A stretch of 64,000 nucleotides of DNA, from positions 6,511 through 70,510 of the IMG/VR virus record IMGVR_UViG_3300035698_026847, one strand, 5' to 3'. Made by a program: the position numbers and the translations under genes. Positions 40,089 through 50,060 of this stretch are shown here, in pieces. Each line of letters opens with the position of its first letter. Position 1 is the first letter of the stretch. Under the pieces are notes generated by a model, which was not told the origin of the DNA, made no database searches, and worked only from the letters and a program-made list of their open reading frames with translations. Source of the stretch: a virus.

Positions 40089-41441
40089 TTATCTATCTAG
40101 TTCAATATCATAATTCCATGTTTTACCATGCTTATTAATTCCGAAGAATTTTTGAGTAGGAACAGATGCAGTAACTAGGTCGTTTATACTGTAGTCGTCT
40201 CCTCCAATAAAAGATGAATTCATGATGATTCTACCACCGGAACTTGTATCTACTTCTCCTCCCTGATGGAAATGGCCTAAAACAAAATAATCAAAAGAGC
40301 GAACATAATTGAATGTAAATTCCATCATCTCTTTCGTATTCGATTGATCAATTCCCTGGCTCCGCATCTCATCCCACATTCGTTCAATACTTTTATTACC
40401 ATCAAGAAGACTTCTGTATTTTGCTTCGGTTCTAGTTATCCCATACCAGGGGATTCCCATATATGATCTTATTCCGCTTCCATGAATGAGAAGGAATTTT
40501 TTACCCATCACTTGCATAATTTGAAATGGTGATCTTGGAATGGTAAAATTAATATTACTATAATGGGAAAGAGAAGATTCCATAAACCGATACAGGACAT
40601 AATCCCAATTTACAAACTTCTTCTCCATATTGAATTTTCCAACTCTACCATGATTTCCATAAACACACTGAACATCTACGCTTTGGAAAACCTGAGCGAG
40701 TTTAACTAACGCTTTGGGAAATTCAGAAGATGCCTCAAATAGCTGATCTACCACATTCTGTTCTGTATGTAGAAAACCCCATTTTCCAGCGTCATTAGAT
40801 CCATGAACTAAATCTCCAAGGAAAGCAATATGAAGTTTCTCTATGTTATGTGTTTTCCTATGAAGCTCAGTAATACGGATAACCGCAGCCACATAACGCT
40901 CCATTCTCTTTTTGAATGTTTCAAGGCAGTATCTGCCAAGTCCTCCAACTTCTTCAGGTCGTACAGCAAGACCTAGATGAGGATCTGAAATTAACATTAC
41001 CGCTTCTTGAGGGCTGGTTGAATGTTTTGGATGTTGAATTTTTTCTGGTATAATTACCGGAATCTTACTAACTGCACTTACAATCTTGTCAAGAACAAGG
41101 TTTTCTTCTGCCAAATTGGTTAAATGTTCATTAACTCTTCTTTGTTCGGCTTTTTCTAATATCTTTGCCTTTCTTTCTTCTATTAGATTTCTTGCTCTCT
41201 CTTGTATCTCGACTGGATCTCCATCCATTTGAACTTCATCTGCCTGATCTTGAAGTTCATCAATACTTATGTTTTGCTCTGCGAGGAACGCTTCCCAATC
41301 CGTTCTATTGAAAACCGATCTAACTGCTGGGCCTGTTGATTTGAATTGTTTTGCGAATTTTGCCCACTGTCTTCCTTCTAGTAGATACATTTGATAAAGT
41401 TGGACTTTTTCAATTACAGTCCATTGTCCATTTACTGGCAT
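40089..41441 (-). CDS. calcineurin-like metallophosphoesterase with N-terminal HTH/coiled coil
   Basis: SDPH, GDLVHG, GNHG, IHG, GHFH. Confidence 0.85.
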   Translation of the reverse strand: MPVNGQWTVIEKVQLYQMYLLEGRQWAKFAKQFKSTGPAVRSVFNRTDWEAFLAEQNISIDELQDQADEVQMDGDPVEIQERARNLIEERKAKILEKAEQRRVNEHLTNLAEENLVLDKIVSAVSKIPVIIPEKIQHPKHSTSPQEAVMLISDPHLGLAVRPEEVGGLGRYCLETFKKRMERYVAAVIRITELHRKTHNIEKLHIAFLGDLVHGSNDAGKWGFLHTEQNVVDQLFEASSEFPKALVKLAQVFQSVDVQCVYGNHGRVGKFNMEKKFVNWDYVLYRFMESSLSHYSNINFTIPRSPFQIMQVMGKKFLLIHGSGIRSYMGIPWYGITRTEAKYRSLLDGNKSIERMWDEMRSQGIDQSNTKEMMEFTFNYVRSFDYFVLGHFHQGGEVDTSSGGRIIMNSSFIGGDDYSINDLVTASVPTQKFFGINKHGKTWNYDIELDR

Positions 41442-41490
41442 ACGAATTCTCCTCTTGTAAGATACTAAGATAATACGATAATACGATATA

Positions 41491-42600
41491 CTAGACCGAT
41501 AAATCCTTCTGGATAGACATGAAATTTGGAAAAGATTTTTCGTTTATTGGTATTTCTCTTATCTTCTCTAGAATATCATCAGATATTTTATCTGAAGGAA
41601 GTTCATATAAAATCTTAATATACTGATTTCCAAAAACATCTAATCTAACTTGTTTTCTAAACCCCTTTTTCTTAAGAGTAATAACATATTCGTCTCCTGG
41701 ATTTGGAGGTATGGTATATTTCTCGGTTCCATGAAGGGTTGGAATTTTAATTTCTCCGCCAGAAAAAACAAAATGTACAGGGACTGGCATATTCATATAT
41801 ATGTCGTAATTATTTAATGTAAAAATATTATGCCTTAATAGGTTCGTCTGAAACAACACATCTCCAAACATACCATCCTTTTTTTGGTTTCCTTTTCCAC
41901 GAACCTTAATGGAAAGATTATCGTGAGTTCCAGGAGGAATTTTTAATATGTGTTTTTCTGTTTTTTGTTTAAATCCATTACCAGAACACTCTTTACATTT
42001 GTTCTGTATTTCCTGTCCAGAGCCAGCACACTTAAGGCATATTGTCCTTGAGGAAAAAAACCCTCCTCTATTTGATATTCTGACTCCAGCTCCGTTACAA
42101 TAACTACATGTTATTACATTTGGTTTTCCATCTGCTCCTGATCCTGAACATTTTTCACAACGAAAAATTCGATTATATTCTATTTCTTTTTCACATCCAT
42201 TAAACGCCTCTTCTATGGTTATTTCAATTATTATCTTAATATTTACTGGAGGTGCCTTTCTTTGGCCGGTTCTTTGTTGATTGTATTGGTTTCCTGTAGC
42301 AAATCTTTCAAAAATATTAAATGGATTAAATTCTCTATTTCCGAATGATCCCATGTTAAAAGACTGATTATTGAAGGAGAAGTTTATTGTATTCACTCCT
42401 CCATGATCATACATCTGTCTTTTATTTTCGTCAGAAAGAGTCTCATAGGCTTCTGAGACTTCTTTAAATTTATCTTCTGCTGAAGAATCGTTTGGATTTT
42501 TATCTGGATGATACTTTAAAGCTAGCTTTCTGTAAGCTTTTTTAATCTCATCCTGTGTTGAATTCTTTTTAACATTTAGAATTTTATAATAGTCTTTCAT
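41491..42600 (-). CDS. dnaJ: DnaJ chaperone
   Basis: J domain with HPD; four CxxCxGxG repeats; C-terminal domain. Confidence 0.95.
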   Translation of the reverse strand: MKDYYKILNVKKNSTQDEIKKAYRKLALKYHPDKNPNDSSAEDKFKEVSEAYETLSDENKRQMYDHGGVNTINFSFNNQSFNMGSFGNREFNPFNIFERFATGNQYNQQRTGQRKAPPVNIKIIIEITIEEAFNGCEKEIEYNRIFRCEKCSGSGADGKPNVITCSYCNGAGVRISNRGGFFSSRTICLKCAGSGQEIQNKCKECSGNGFKQKTEKHILKIPPGTHDNLSIKVRGKGNQKKDGMFGDVLFQTNLLRHNIFTLNNYDIYMNMPVPVHFVFSGGEIKIPTLHGTEKYTIPPNPGDEYVITLKKKGFRKQVRLDVFGNQYIKILYELPSDKISDDILEKIREIPINEKSFPNFMSIQKDLSV

Positions 42601-44189
42601 TAAAATAAATTATCCTGCATAATAAGAGCATCTTGCATAGATGTAATACTAACATCAAACTCTTCTTCTTTCTCTAAAATTTTAAATCTCTCTTTTGAAT
42701 GATCGGAAACCCATCTTCCGCCATCCATAAAGTCAAAAACATAAGATTTTTGTTTTTCGTATGATATTTTTGGATCTACTCTAATTACCCTACCGACTCT
42801 CTGTTTGGCTCTAGTAGCTGCTTTTCCCCCTCCAGCTAGTATCAATCCACTAAGACATGGTAGATCCAGACCTTCGTCAGCAATAACAGATCCTATCAGA
42901 ATTGATATTTTCCCATTAACAAAATCAGACAAAGTATTTCTTCTCTCTTTCTTAGGGGATGAACCGTGAAGAAAAACTGAACCTGGCAATTGAGATTTCA
43001 ACATTTTACCATGTGCTATTATCTGAACAAGGATCATCGTTTTTATATCTTGACTCATTAAAAGATTCGCCAAACTAATTATACACTGATTTCTTTGTTC
43101 ATTCTCTGTAATATGTGATTTTCTGTCTTCTGACCAAGTATTTACTAAAAACGGTTTTTGTTTTAAGTCGATAAATTTTATGTTTGGTTTAACAAGATAT
43201 TTTAACTTAATCAATTCTGAAGCTGTAACGACTGATGTTTTTCTCCCAAAAAGACCCTCTATAGTTAAATACGAGTTGTCTATTCGTTCTGGAGTCGCAG
43301 ATCCCCCAAAACGATAATAAGCGTTTGGAGATTTTAACATTATAGATTTACATGTTTTTGTAGAAAAATGGTGAACTTCATCTGCATATATCCCAACAGT
43401 TTCTGTTATCAATTTTTTTATTAAGTTTCTTTTCTCTTCACTTTCAAGATGTTTAAGATCTTCTTTTTTAAACTCTTTATATTCGGATTCATCCCATTCT
43501 GCAGCGTTTTTAATTTCTTTAAGATATTTTTCTATTGCTTTTTTTGATTTTCCACTAAGATAACATGTAGTAGCTGTTTGAACTGTAACGATGTTTATAT
43601 CTCTTATATCACACTGTCCATCTCCTACAAGACCTACTTTTAATCCTGGGATTGCTTCTTCTAATTTTTCTTGAGATTGGTACATTAAGTCTTTTGTTAG
43701 AACATAAAAGATAAATGGAGCAACACCAAGCTCCTGAATAATCTTAGCTACTATTAGAGTTTTTCCTCCGCCAGTGCAGCACTCTATTATTCCCCTTCCT
43801 CTTCTAATACAGTTTTCAACAATCTCTGTTTGATATTCTTTCCTTAATTTATACTTTTCATGATTCCATGAAAGATCTAATGTTTTGTTTGGTTTTTTAG
43901 TTTCCCAAACGATATCTGGAGTTATGTTATAGTTTTTTCTAAAAAAAGTAACTACTTGATGTGCCAACCCAGAAAGAAAGGTACTTGTTTGTCTTCTATA
44001 AAGATGTATCTTTCCATCCCAAGCTTTTTTCTTTTCTTCTGGATCTTCAATATTTCCAATATATTTATCAGAATATTGACATCCAGGAACTATGAAAGAG
44101 AGATATTCGTATAATTCTCCTCTTACATTATATGGAATGTTTTCTACAGTAGACCATAAATTGCGTAGTCTTATTTTTGGTTTAGCCAT
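42600..44189 (-). CDS. UvsW-like SF2 helicase
   Basis: [31 protein letters not shown]. Confidence 0.9.
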   Translation of the reverse strand: MAKPKIRLRNLWSTVENIPYNVRGELYEYLSFIVPGCQYSDKYIGNIEDPEEKKKAWDGKIHLYRRQTSTFLSGLAHQVVTFFRKNYNITPDIVWETKKPNKTLDLSWNHEKYKLRKEYQTEIVENCIRRGRGIIECCTGGGKTLIVAKIIQELGVAPFIFYVLTKDLMYQSQEKLEEAIPGLKVGLVGDGQCDIRDINIVTVQTATTCYLSGKSKKAIEKYLKEIKNAAEWDESEYKEFKKEDLKHLESEEKRNLIKKLITETVGIYADEVHHFSTKTCKSIMLKSPNAYYRFGGSATPERIDNSYLTIEGLFGRKTSVVTASELIKLKYLVKPNIKFIDLKQKPFLVNTWSEDRKSHITENEQRNQCIISLANLLMSQDIKTMILVQIIAHGKMLKSQLPGSVFLHGSSPKKERRNTLSDFVNGKISILIGSVIADEGLDLPCLSGLILAGGGKAATRAKQRVGRVIRVDPKISYEKQKSYVFDFMDGGRWVSDHSKERFKILEKEEEFDVSITSMQDALIMQDNLF

Positions 44190-44268
44190 CTTATTCTGTC
44201 TATTTCCTCTACCAGTATATAAGATAAAGTGATTCTGGTCTTTTTAAATTATGTTTTAGAAAAATTAT

Positions 44269-44601
44269 TTTTTCTTACCAAGACACTCCGCAGGAGAGTC
44301 TTGCCAGACCACGAAGTGGCTGGCTAATAAAGAAAATTATGCAGAGAATGTTGTTTGATTGATGTTAGATTTTTATTTTTGAAAAAGGTATAATGCTGAA
44401 TCTACTTGGTTTACGAGATTTTCAGAAAAAAAAATGAAGAAAGAGCTAAAACTTTTCCTAAAATTTACGATATTAAGACCGGGTACGGGCTCAGAACCTA
44501 TGTTTCTAAACTTTGGCTTCTAATCTTATTCTAATTTCTTTCTAAGCCAGCCACTTCGTGGTCTGGCAAGACTCTCCTGCGGAGTGTCTTGGTAAGAAAA
44601 A
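44269..44601. repeat. perfect 57-bp inverted repeat (44269-44325 / 44545-44601) with 219-bp spacer at the strand switch; candidate replication origin
   Basis: Arms checked base by base as reverse complements; each arm holds two hairpins with C-GCA-G and C-GAA-G loops. Confidence 0.9.
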
Positions 44602-44774
44602 TATATAAACATATGAAACAGAAACCTATTATAAGCTTCAAATAAATTTAGAAATAAGCTTATTAGAAAAAAAAAAAATATTATATGTTCGAATTTTAAG
44701 AAGTTTATAATAAGTAAAAATTTTTTATATGTTTCGTTTTTCACTAAAATATTTAGCGATTTTATCGATACTAT

Positions 44775-45623
44775 ATGAGAGATCTTAAGATGATATTAGA
44801 AGATATTATATATAAGAAGCCAGAAAGACGTAGACCCAAAGATACTCCGTTATGTGCCTATAGTCCAATTGATTGGTTTCATCTTTTTGCCGCTAAGTAT
44901 CTATATCACACAGGAGAAAGATATAAGTTTACTAATTATAAGAATCAGATTTGGTATATATCAACTATATATGGAATTGTTGTTAATAAATATAATTGGA
45001 GTGCTAGAGATTTTGAAAAATTTATAACAGATATCGCAATTAGATATACTCTTAAAAGGGGTAGAACTCCTAGTTTAAGAGTATTTGCGTTAAATAGTAA
45101 ATCTCATGGTCTAATTAGGATGTTTGATGAGATATTAGTAAGAGAAAGAACACATGATTATTTTGAAAGAATTGTTTTTGTTAAGTTTTACCCACTTAGG
45201 CCAAGTCAAAGAGATCTTGAATTATTTTTTAACAATATGCATAATGAAGGCATTTTATATAATTATGGAATAGTTAATTACCAGAGGTATATTCAGATAA
45301 AACACAAACTATCTTTATCTGAATCGATTAATAAAACTAAAGAAGATTTCCTTAAATATGCTTCCAAAATAAAGAGAGATATAAAAACAAGAGATAGATT
45401 TATTGTTGGAGTTTTCAAGAACTCGGTGTTATGGGAACCGTATACTACTCGTAAGCAGCGAGACATGTATGGCGAAGATAATCTAATTGTAAATTGGAGA
45501 AATGTTTTTAAGAAGATTATCGATCATTTTGATCTTCAAAAAGAAAAATGGTGGAAAGATAAATCATATACATATGAGATTATACAAATAAAAGCAGTGA
45601 ATGATTTTTTCAAAACATTATGA
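44775..45623 (+). CDS. hypothetical basic protein, candidate replication initiator
   Basis: First gene after the inverted repeat and upstream of DnaC-like and DnaB genes; function inferred from position only. Confidence 0.5.
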   Translation: MRDLKMILEDIIYKKPERRRPKDTPLCAYSPIDWFHLFAAKYLYHTGERYKFTNYKNQIWYISTIYGIVVNKYNWSARDFEKFITDIAIRYTLKRGRTPSLRVFALNSKSHGLIRMFDEILVRERTHDYFERIVFVKFYPLRPSQRDLELFFNNMHNEGILYNYGIVNYQRYIQIKHKLSLSESINKTKEDFLKYASKIKRDIKTRDRFIVGVFKNSVLWEPYTTRKQRDMYGEDNLIVNWRNVFKKIIDHFDLQKEKWWKDKSYTYEIIQIKAVNDFFKTL

Positions 45624-45635
45624 AGGATTTAATTT

Positions 45636-46487
45636 ATGTCAAAAGAACATATTGGATGTGAGGATTTACCAGACGATAGAATGAAAAATATTCTTTCCGC
45701 ACATATTGGTTTAGAAAATAGAATTAAAGAAAAACTTAAAAAAGAAAGTAATATTCCAAAGATTTATTGGAAATATAGTTGGAAAAGCTATCAGCCTAAA
45801 AACAACATAAGAGAGACTGGAGATATTAATATTCCAGGAGTTGTTAAATCAAGATTGGAAGCGAAGAAGAAATGTTTACTTTTTGTTAGAGATATAATAT
45901 CTTCATATAAAGAAAAAGACAATAAAGATGAAAAAAATTCATTATGTTTAATTGGTCATAGCGGATCTGGGAAGTCTGTTCTTGGAACTTTAATATTAAG
46001 GAACGTCATACATTTCCTTAAAGAATCTGTATTTTACGAGACATTTAACCAATTAGTAATAGACTGTAGGACGGCTAATTTCAAAGAACATGCAGAAGAA
46101 TTGTTTGATAAATATATTGAACCAGAATTTCTAATGATTGACGAAATAGAAAGGGGATATTATTTAGATGAGAAAATAAAAACATACATTTCTATTATCA
46201 TTGGAAGAAGAGCTTCAGAATGTAGACCGACAATTTTAACGGCGAACATAGAGATATCAGAAGAACTTTCAAATATTTTAGGAGTTTCTACATATAGGGT
46301 GTTGGAAAGAGGATCGGTATACTATAAACCTATTGAAATAGACACCCTAGTTAAACATAAAAGAATTGATTTAAAAAAATTAAAAAAAGAATTAGAATCT
46401 GAAAAATATAATAGAAAATATTATATTTCACGAGAAGATTTTAGTGAAATGACAACAAGGTGTATAGAGGGGTATTTTCATGGGTAA
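45636..46487 (+). CDS. DnaC/IstB-like helicase loader ATPase
   Basis: SNIPKIY, GHSGSGKS, LMIDEI, PTILTAN. Confidence 0.85.
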   Translation: MSKEHIGCEDLPDDRMKNILSAHIGLENRIKEKLKKESNIPKIYWKYSWKSYQPKNNIRETGDINIPGVVKSRLEAKKKCLLFVRDIISSYKEKDNKDEKNSLCLIGHSGSGKSVLGTLILRNVIHFLKESVFYETFNQLVIDCRTANFKEHAEELFDKYIEPEFLMIDEIERGYYLDEKIKTYISIIIGRRASECRPTILTANIEISEELSNILGVSTYRVLERGSVYYKPIEIDTLVKHKRIDLKKLKKELESEKYNRKYYISREDFSEMTTRCIEGYFHG

Positions 46488-48186
46488 GGAAAAACTAAGC
46501 GGAATTATAACTGAATATGAGAAAAATATTCTTCATTATGTTTTATCAGACATTAAACATCTTCAGTATGTGTTTGGCGAAAGAAAAATTAAGACATTAT
46601 ATTTTAAAGATCCAGATATTAAACTGCTTCTAGATATTGCAACTGATAATTTTCGTCAGCATCAAACAAAATTAGTAAGAGAAGAGTTGGAATTACATCT
46701 TGACGCCAAAAGAACGGCCAAAAGTATAGATAAAATTGAATATCAAAATCTACTTGGCGTGTTTGATGAAGTTACTGGTCCTGATTATGATTTGAAAGAT
46801 GAGCAATTTACGAGAGTCTTTAAGTCGTGGCTTGAAATTGAAGCGTCTCCGAGAGTAGAAACAATAATACAAAAAAACCTTCATCTCGTAAAGGAAAATA
46901 AAGGTCTTGAGTTTGTTAGAGTGATGAATGAGGCTTTTGAAAAAGATCTGGTTTATCCAGATAAATTTGCGTCTGTAATTTCATCTCTAGATATAAAAAG
47001 AGATTCAAATAGACAAGTACAAGATTTTGAAGACAGAAGAGACCCAGAAAAAAGAAAGGAATTAATTGGTATTCCTACGGGGATTCCAAAGCTAGACAAA
47101 ATATTTGCCGGTTTCGAAACAAAAGGAGGATCATTAACTTTAGTTGGTGGATTAGTTGGACATGGGAAATCGACCCTTATGCTTAATATTAGCAGAAATC
47201 AAGCAATGAAGCCAAGTATAGGGAAGAAGATTTTAACCGTAACATTAGAAATGCCAGATATCCAATGGGTTAGGAAATTTAATTGTATTGATTTACAGAT
47301 GAAATATTTAGACTTTCTTGTGGGAGATAGAAAATCAGTTTCAGAGACTCAGGCAGAACAATTTATACAGAAAATAAAAAATAGAAGTTCGTCAATGCCA
47401 GGAGAATATAAAGTTCTATTTATTCCGGCAAAGGCTTATTCGTGGGATCAGATCGTCAACGAAATAGATAAAAGATTCCCAGGATATAATCCCGATATTA
47501 TTTATATAGATCAGTTATCTTTGATTGGTTTTGGTAAATATTCAAAAGAGAGACCGGATTATGCGTTAGGATTAATAGTTAGAGATATGAGAGCATATGC
47601 TCAAATTAGAAAGATTGCTATCGTACTGGCCGTTCAGGCAAATAGAGCTTCAGTAATAAGATCGAAGAATGGAGAAAGAGAAATTGATATTAATATTGAA
47701 AATGTAGAAGATTCAAATAAAGTTGGAGCTCATGCTGATAATTTTATAGCAATTCATCAAGAGGGAGATGAAAAAATATTTATTAAAATAGCAAAACAAA
47801 GAGAGGGAGCAAAAAAGGTAATTTCACTAAAAGCGAATCAAGATATGTGTTTGTTTTATGACGAGGGAGACCCCGATATGATATGTAAATTACCAGAGAT
47901 TGAGGGTGATGATAGCGATGACGATTCCGACGAAACGATTTTTGCTGAAGAAATTGAAGAAATTGGAGGAGTTGAAAAAAAGAAAACTCTAGATGATGTA
48001 CTTAGAAATGTTAATTCGAAAAAAAATTCAAAATCTAATATCAAAAAAGTGGAATTAGACGATGTGTTTGACGAAGACACAAACTCTCTTTTCGAGCTTG
48101 ATAATGAAGAAATTAATAATGTGCTAAAGGAAGATGTCGAAGAAAACAAGACTAAAACTAAAGATGCGATAATGGATCTGCTGTAA
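46480..48186 (+). CDS. dnaB: DnaB-like replicative helicase with acidic tail
   Basis: GIPTG...LD, GLVGHGKST, TLEM, IYIDQL, QANR, ADNFI, KQREG. Confidence 0.9.
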   Translation: MGKEKLSGIITEYEKNILHYVLSDIKHLQYVFGERKIKTLYFKDPDIKLLLDIATDNFRQHQTKLVREELELHLDAKRTAKSIDKIEYQNLLGVFDEVTGPDYDLKDEQFTRVFKSWLEIEASPRVETIIQKNLHLVKENKGLEFVRVMNEAFEKDLVYPDKFASVISSLDIKRDSNRQVQDFEDRRDPEKRKELIGIPTGIPKLDKIFAGFETKGGSLTLVGGLVGHGKSTLMLNISRNQAMKPSIGKKILTVTLEMPDIQWVRKFNCIDLQMKYLDFLVGDRKSVSETQAEQFIQKIKNRSSSMPGEYKVLFIPAKAYSWDQIVNEIDKRFPGYNPDIIYIDQLSLIGFGKYSKERPDYALGLIVRDMRAYAQIRKIAIVLAVQANRASVIRSKNGEREIDINIENVEDSNKVGAHADNFIAIHQEGDEKIFIKIAKQREGAKKVISLKANQDMCLFYDEGDPDMICKLPEIEGDDSDDDSDETIFAEEIEEIGGVEKKKTLDDVLRNVNSKKNSKSNIKKVELDDVFDEDTNSLFELDNEEINNVLKEDVEENKTKTKDAIMDLL

Positions 48187-48767
48187 TGGCTTCTGAAAAC
48201 AAATTAATATATACGGATATATGCGAAGAAATCAAAGCAACCGTCAGTCTCCAGGACGAAATGGAGAAGCATGGAGTGACTTTATTGAGGTCGGGTAGGC
48301 GTTTGCGTTGTGTATGCCCATTTCATGACGATTCAGATCCGTCTATGTATATTAATATTGAAGATGATCCGGAATGGTTTTTCTGCTTTGGATGTGATAA
48401 AAACGGAACAGTAATAGATTTTATACAGTATTTTCAAGGAACGAATCTTACAGATACTATAAAATATTTTTGCGACAATTATGCATTTAAGAATTCAGTA
48501 AATGTTGTTAGCATAGAAGACCTACTTGCAAAAGATTTAAAAAAAAAGAAAATTAGGCATCTTGTTATTCCATTTGCAATGAAATCCTCTATTTTGGTTA
48601 ACTCTTTTCTAAAAGAGTCTTCTGATAAAAAAAGAGATCTAAAATCAATTAAACCTCTTTTGAAGGAAATTGATCGTGCCGTTGAGATGGAAGACAGAGT
48701 TTATTTGAAGTCTGCGTGTAGGGTTTTGGACAATGTTATAGAGGCCAAGAAAAAAAAGAGAAACTGA
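48186..48767 (+). CDS. stand-alone DnaG-type CHC2 zinc-binding domain protein
   Basis: CPFHDDSDPS...FFCFGC..NGTVIDF; no TOPRIM domain. Confidence 0.85.
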   Translation: MASENKLIYTDICEEIKATVSLQDEMEKHGVTLLRSGRRLRCVCPFHDDSDPSMYINIEDDPEWFFCFGCDKNGTVIDFIQYFQGTNLTDTIKYFCDNYAFKNSVNVVSIEDLLAKDLKKKKIRHLVIPFAMKSSILVNSFLKESSDKKRDLKSIKPLLKEIDRAVEMEDRVYLKSACRVLDNVIEAKKKKRN

Positions 48768-48830
48768 AATAATTATCTAAAAGAATTTGGCATTTTCACG
48801 ATAACTTATATAGAGAAGGGCGAACCATCC

Positions 48831-49346
48831 ATGAACACTATTAACGCAGAGAGCATGAATGGCATTTTGCAATATGTCGGTGGCGTTGAGGATTTTCATA
48901 AACAATATTCAACTGTTGATCAAACATTTTTATATCATTATGAATGCCTGGACTGTTCTCTTAAGTATGGGTTTCTAATTAATTTTATCGATGAACATCA
49001 AGAGCAATGGAGTGTAAATGTTCCGCTGAGCTTACGAGCATATCTGAATGTAAAATTTTATTCTGATTTACATTCCATTCGAATATCAACGATGCATAAC
49101 TTTATGAATGTAATCTCAAACAGATATAAGGTAAGTTTTGTTTGTGCGATAATAAGAGACTTACATAATGAATATTTCGAGACTTATCTAATAGTTGGAG
49201 ATGGTAAGAAGTTTACGGCATTAGATATTAGTATTTCGGATATTTTATCGATAACTAACACTATATCTTTTCCGATATATATGAATAATAAAATAATAGA
49301 AAAAAGAAAAATAAACAAAAAAACTGTAATGGGATACCTAGAATAG
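48831..49346 (+). CDS. bifunctional nuclease (BFN/DUF151)-like protein
   Basis: TMHNFM...IRDLHNEYFETYL...DISISDILSI...PIYMN resembles DUF151. Confidence 0.55.
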   Translation: MNTINAESMNGILQYVGGVEDFHKQYSTVDQTFLYHYECLDCSLKYGFLINFIDEHQEQWSVNVPLSLRAYLNVKFYSDLHSIRISTMHNFMNVISNRYKVSFVCAIIRDLHNEYFETYLIVGDGKKFTALDISISDILSITNTISFPIYMNNKIIEKRKINKKTVMGYLE

Positions 49347-49356
49347 GATTATTATA

Positions 49357-50049
49357 ATGACTGAAAAAAATAAGATCTCTCAAGAAGATGAAGAAGTTGT
49401 TTTTCAGGTTGAAGATGTTGATAATGATCTTAGTGAGGAAATTCTAAAAGTACTTGGAATTGAATCTCCGGCAATTCAGGATACCTCTCTTGAATATTTA
49501 CGGAGAATTACAAATAGAAAGATTTATTTATTTGGGGACGTAACTACAGATTCTATTCTAAATGTAATATACCAAATACATATATTGGAACAAATTGATC
49601 CAAACAAAGATATTGAACTGATAATAAACAGTTGTGGTGGAGATGTTATTGATTGTTTAGCTTTAATTGACGTTATGAATATATCATCATGCGATTTCCA
49701 CATTTCTGTTTTAGGTTTAGCCGCAAGTGCTGCGTGTTTAATTGCGTCCAACGGTACAAAAGGGAAAAGGAATGCCGGACCAAATTCAGAGTTTATGTTT
49801 CATGAGATAACGGGAACAATTCCGGCAATGAAAACAAGTGAAGTGACATATTATAAACAAGAGGCAGTTAGAGTACAGAAAAAATTTAATGCAATTTTTG
49901 CAAAAAACACTGGAAGAACAGTAAAGGAAATAGAAAAAGTCTTTTATCGTGGAGATAAGGATGTGTATATGACGGCTAATGAGTCTAGGAAATTTGGCAT
50001 AGTTGACCATGTGTATAGCAACAGAAGAGCTAGAAGAGAGAAAAAATAA
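49357..50049 (+). CDS. clpP: ATP-dependent Clp protease proteolytic subunit
   Basis: RKIYLFG, INSCGG, GLAASAA (catalytic Ser), FMFHE, DVYMTA.E...FGIVD. Confidence 0.9.
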   Translation: MTEKNKISQEDEEVVFQVEDVDNDLSEEILKVLGIESPAIQDTSLEYLRRITNRKIYLFGDVTTDSILNVIYQIHILEQIDPNKDIELIINSCGGDVIDCLALIDVMNISSCDFHISVLGLAASAACLIASNGTKGKRNAGPNSEFMFHEITGTIPAMKTSEVTYYKQEAVRVQKKFNAIFAKNTGRTVKEIEKVFYRGDKDVYMTANESRKFGIVDHVYSNRRARREKK

Positions 50050-50060
50050 AGGAGTAAATT

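Noticed and set aside
44526-44744. 72-aa ORF in the strand-switch region
   Set aside because: Low-complexity translation of AT-rich DNA overlapping the inverted repeat arm; no RBS seen
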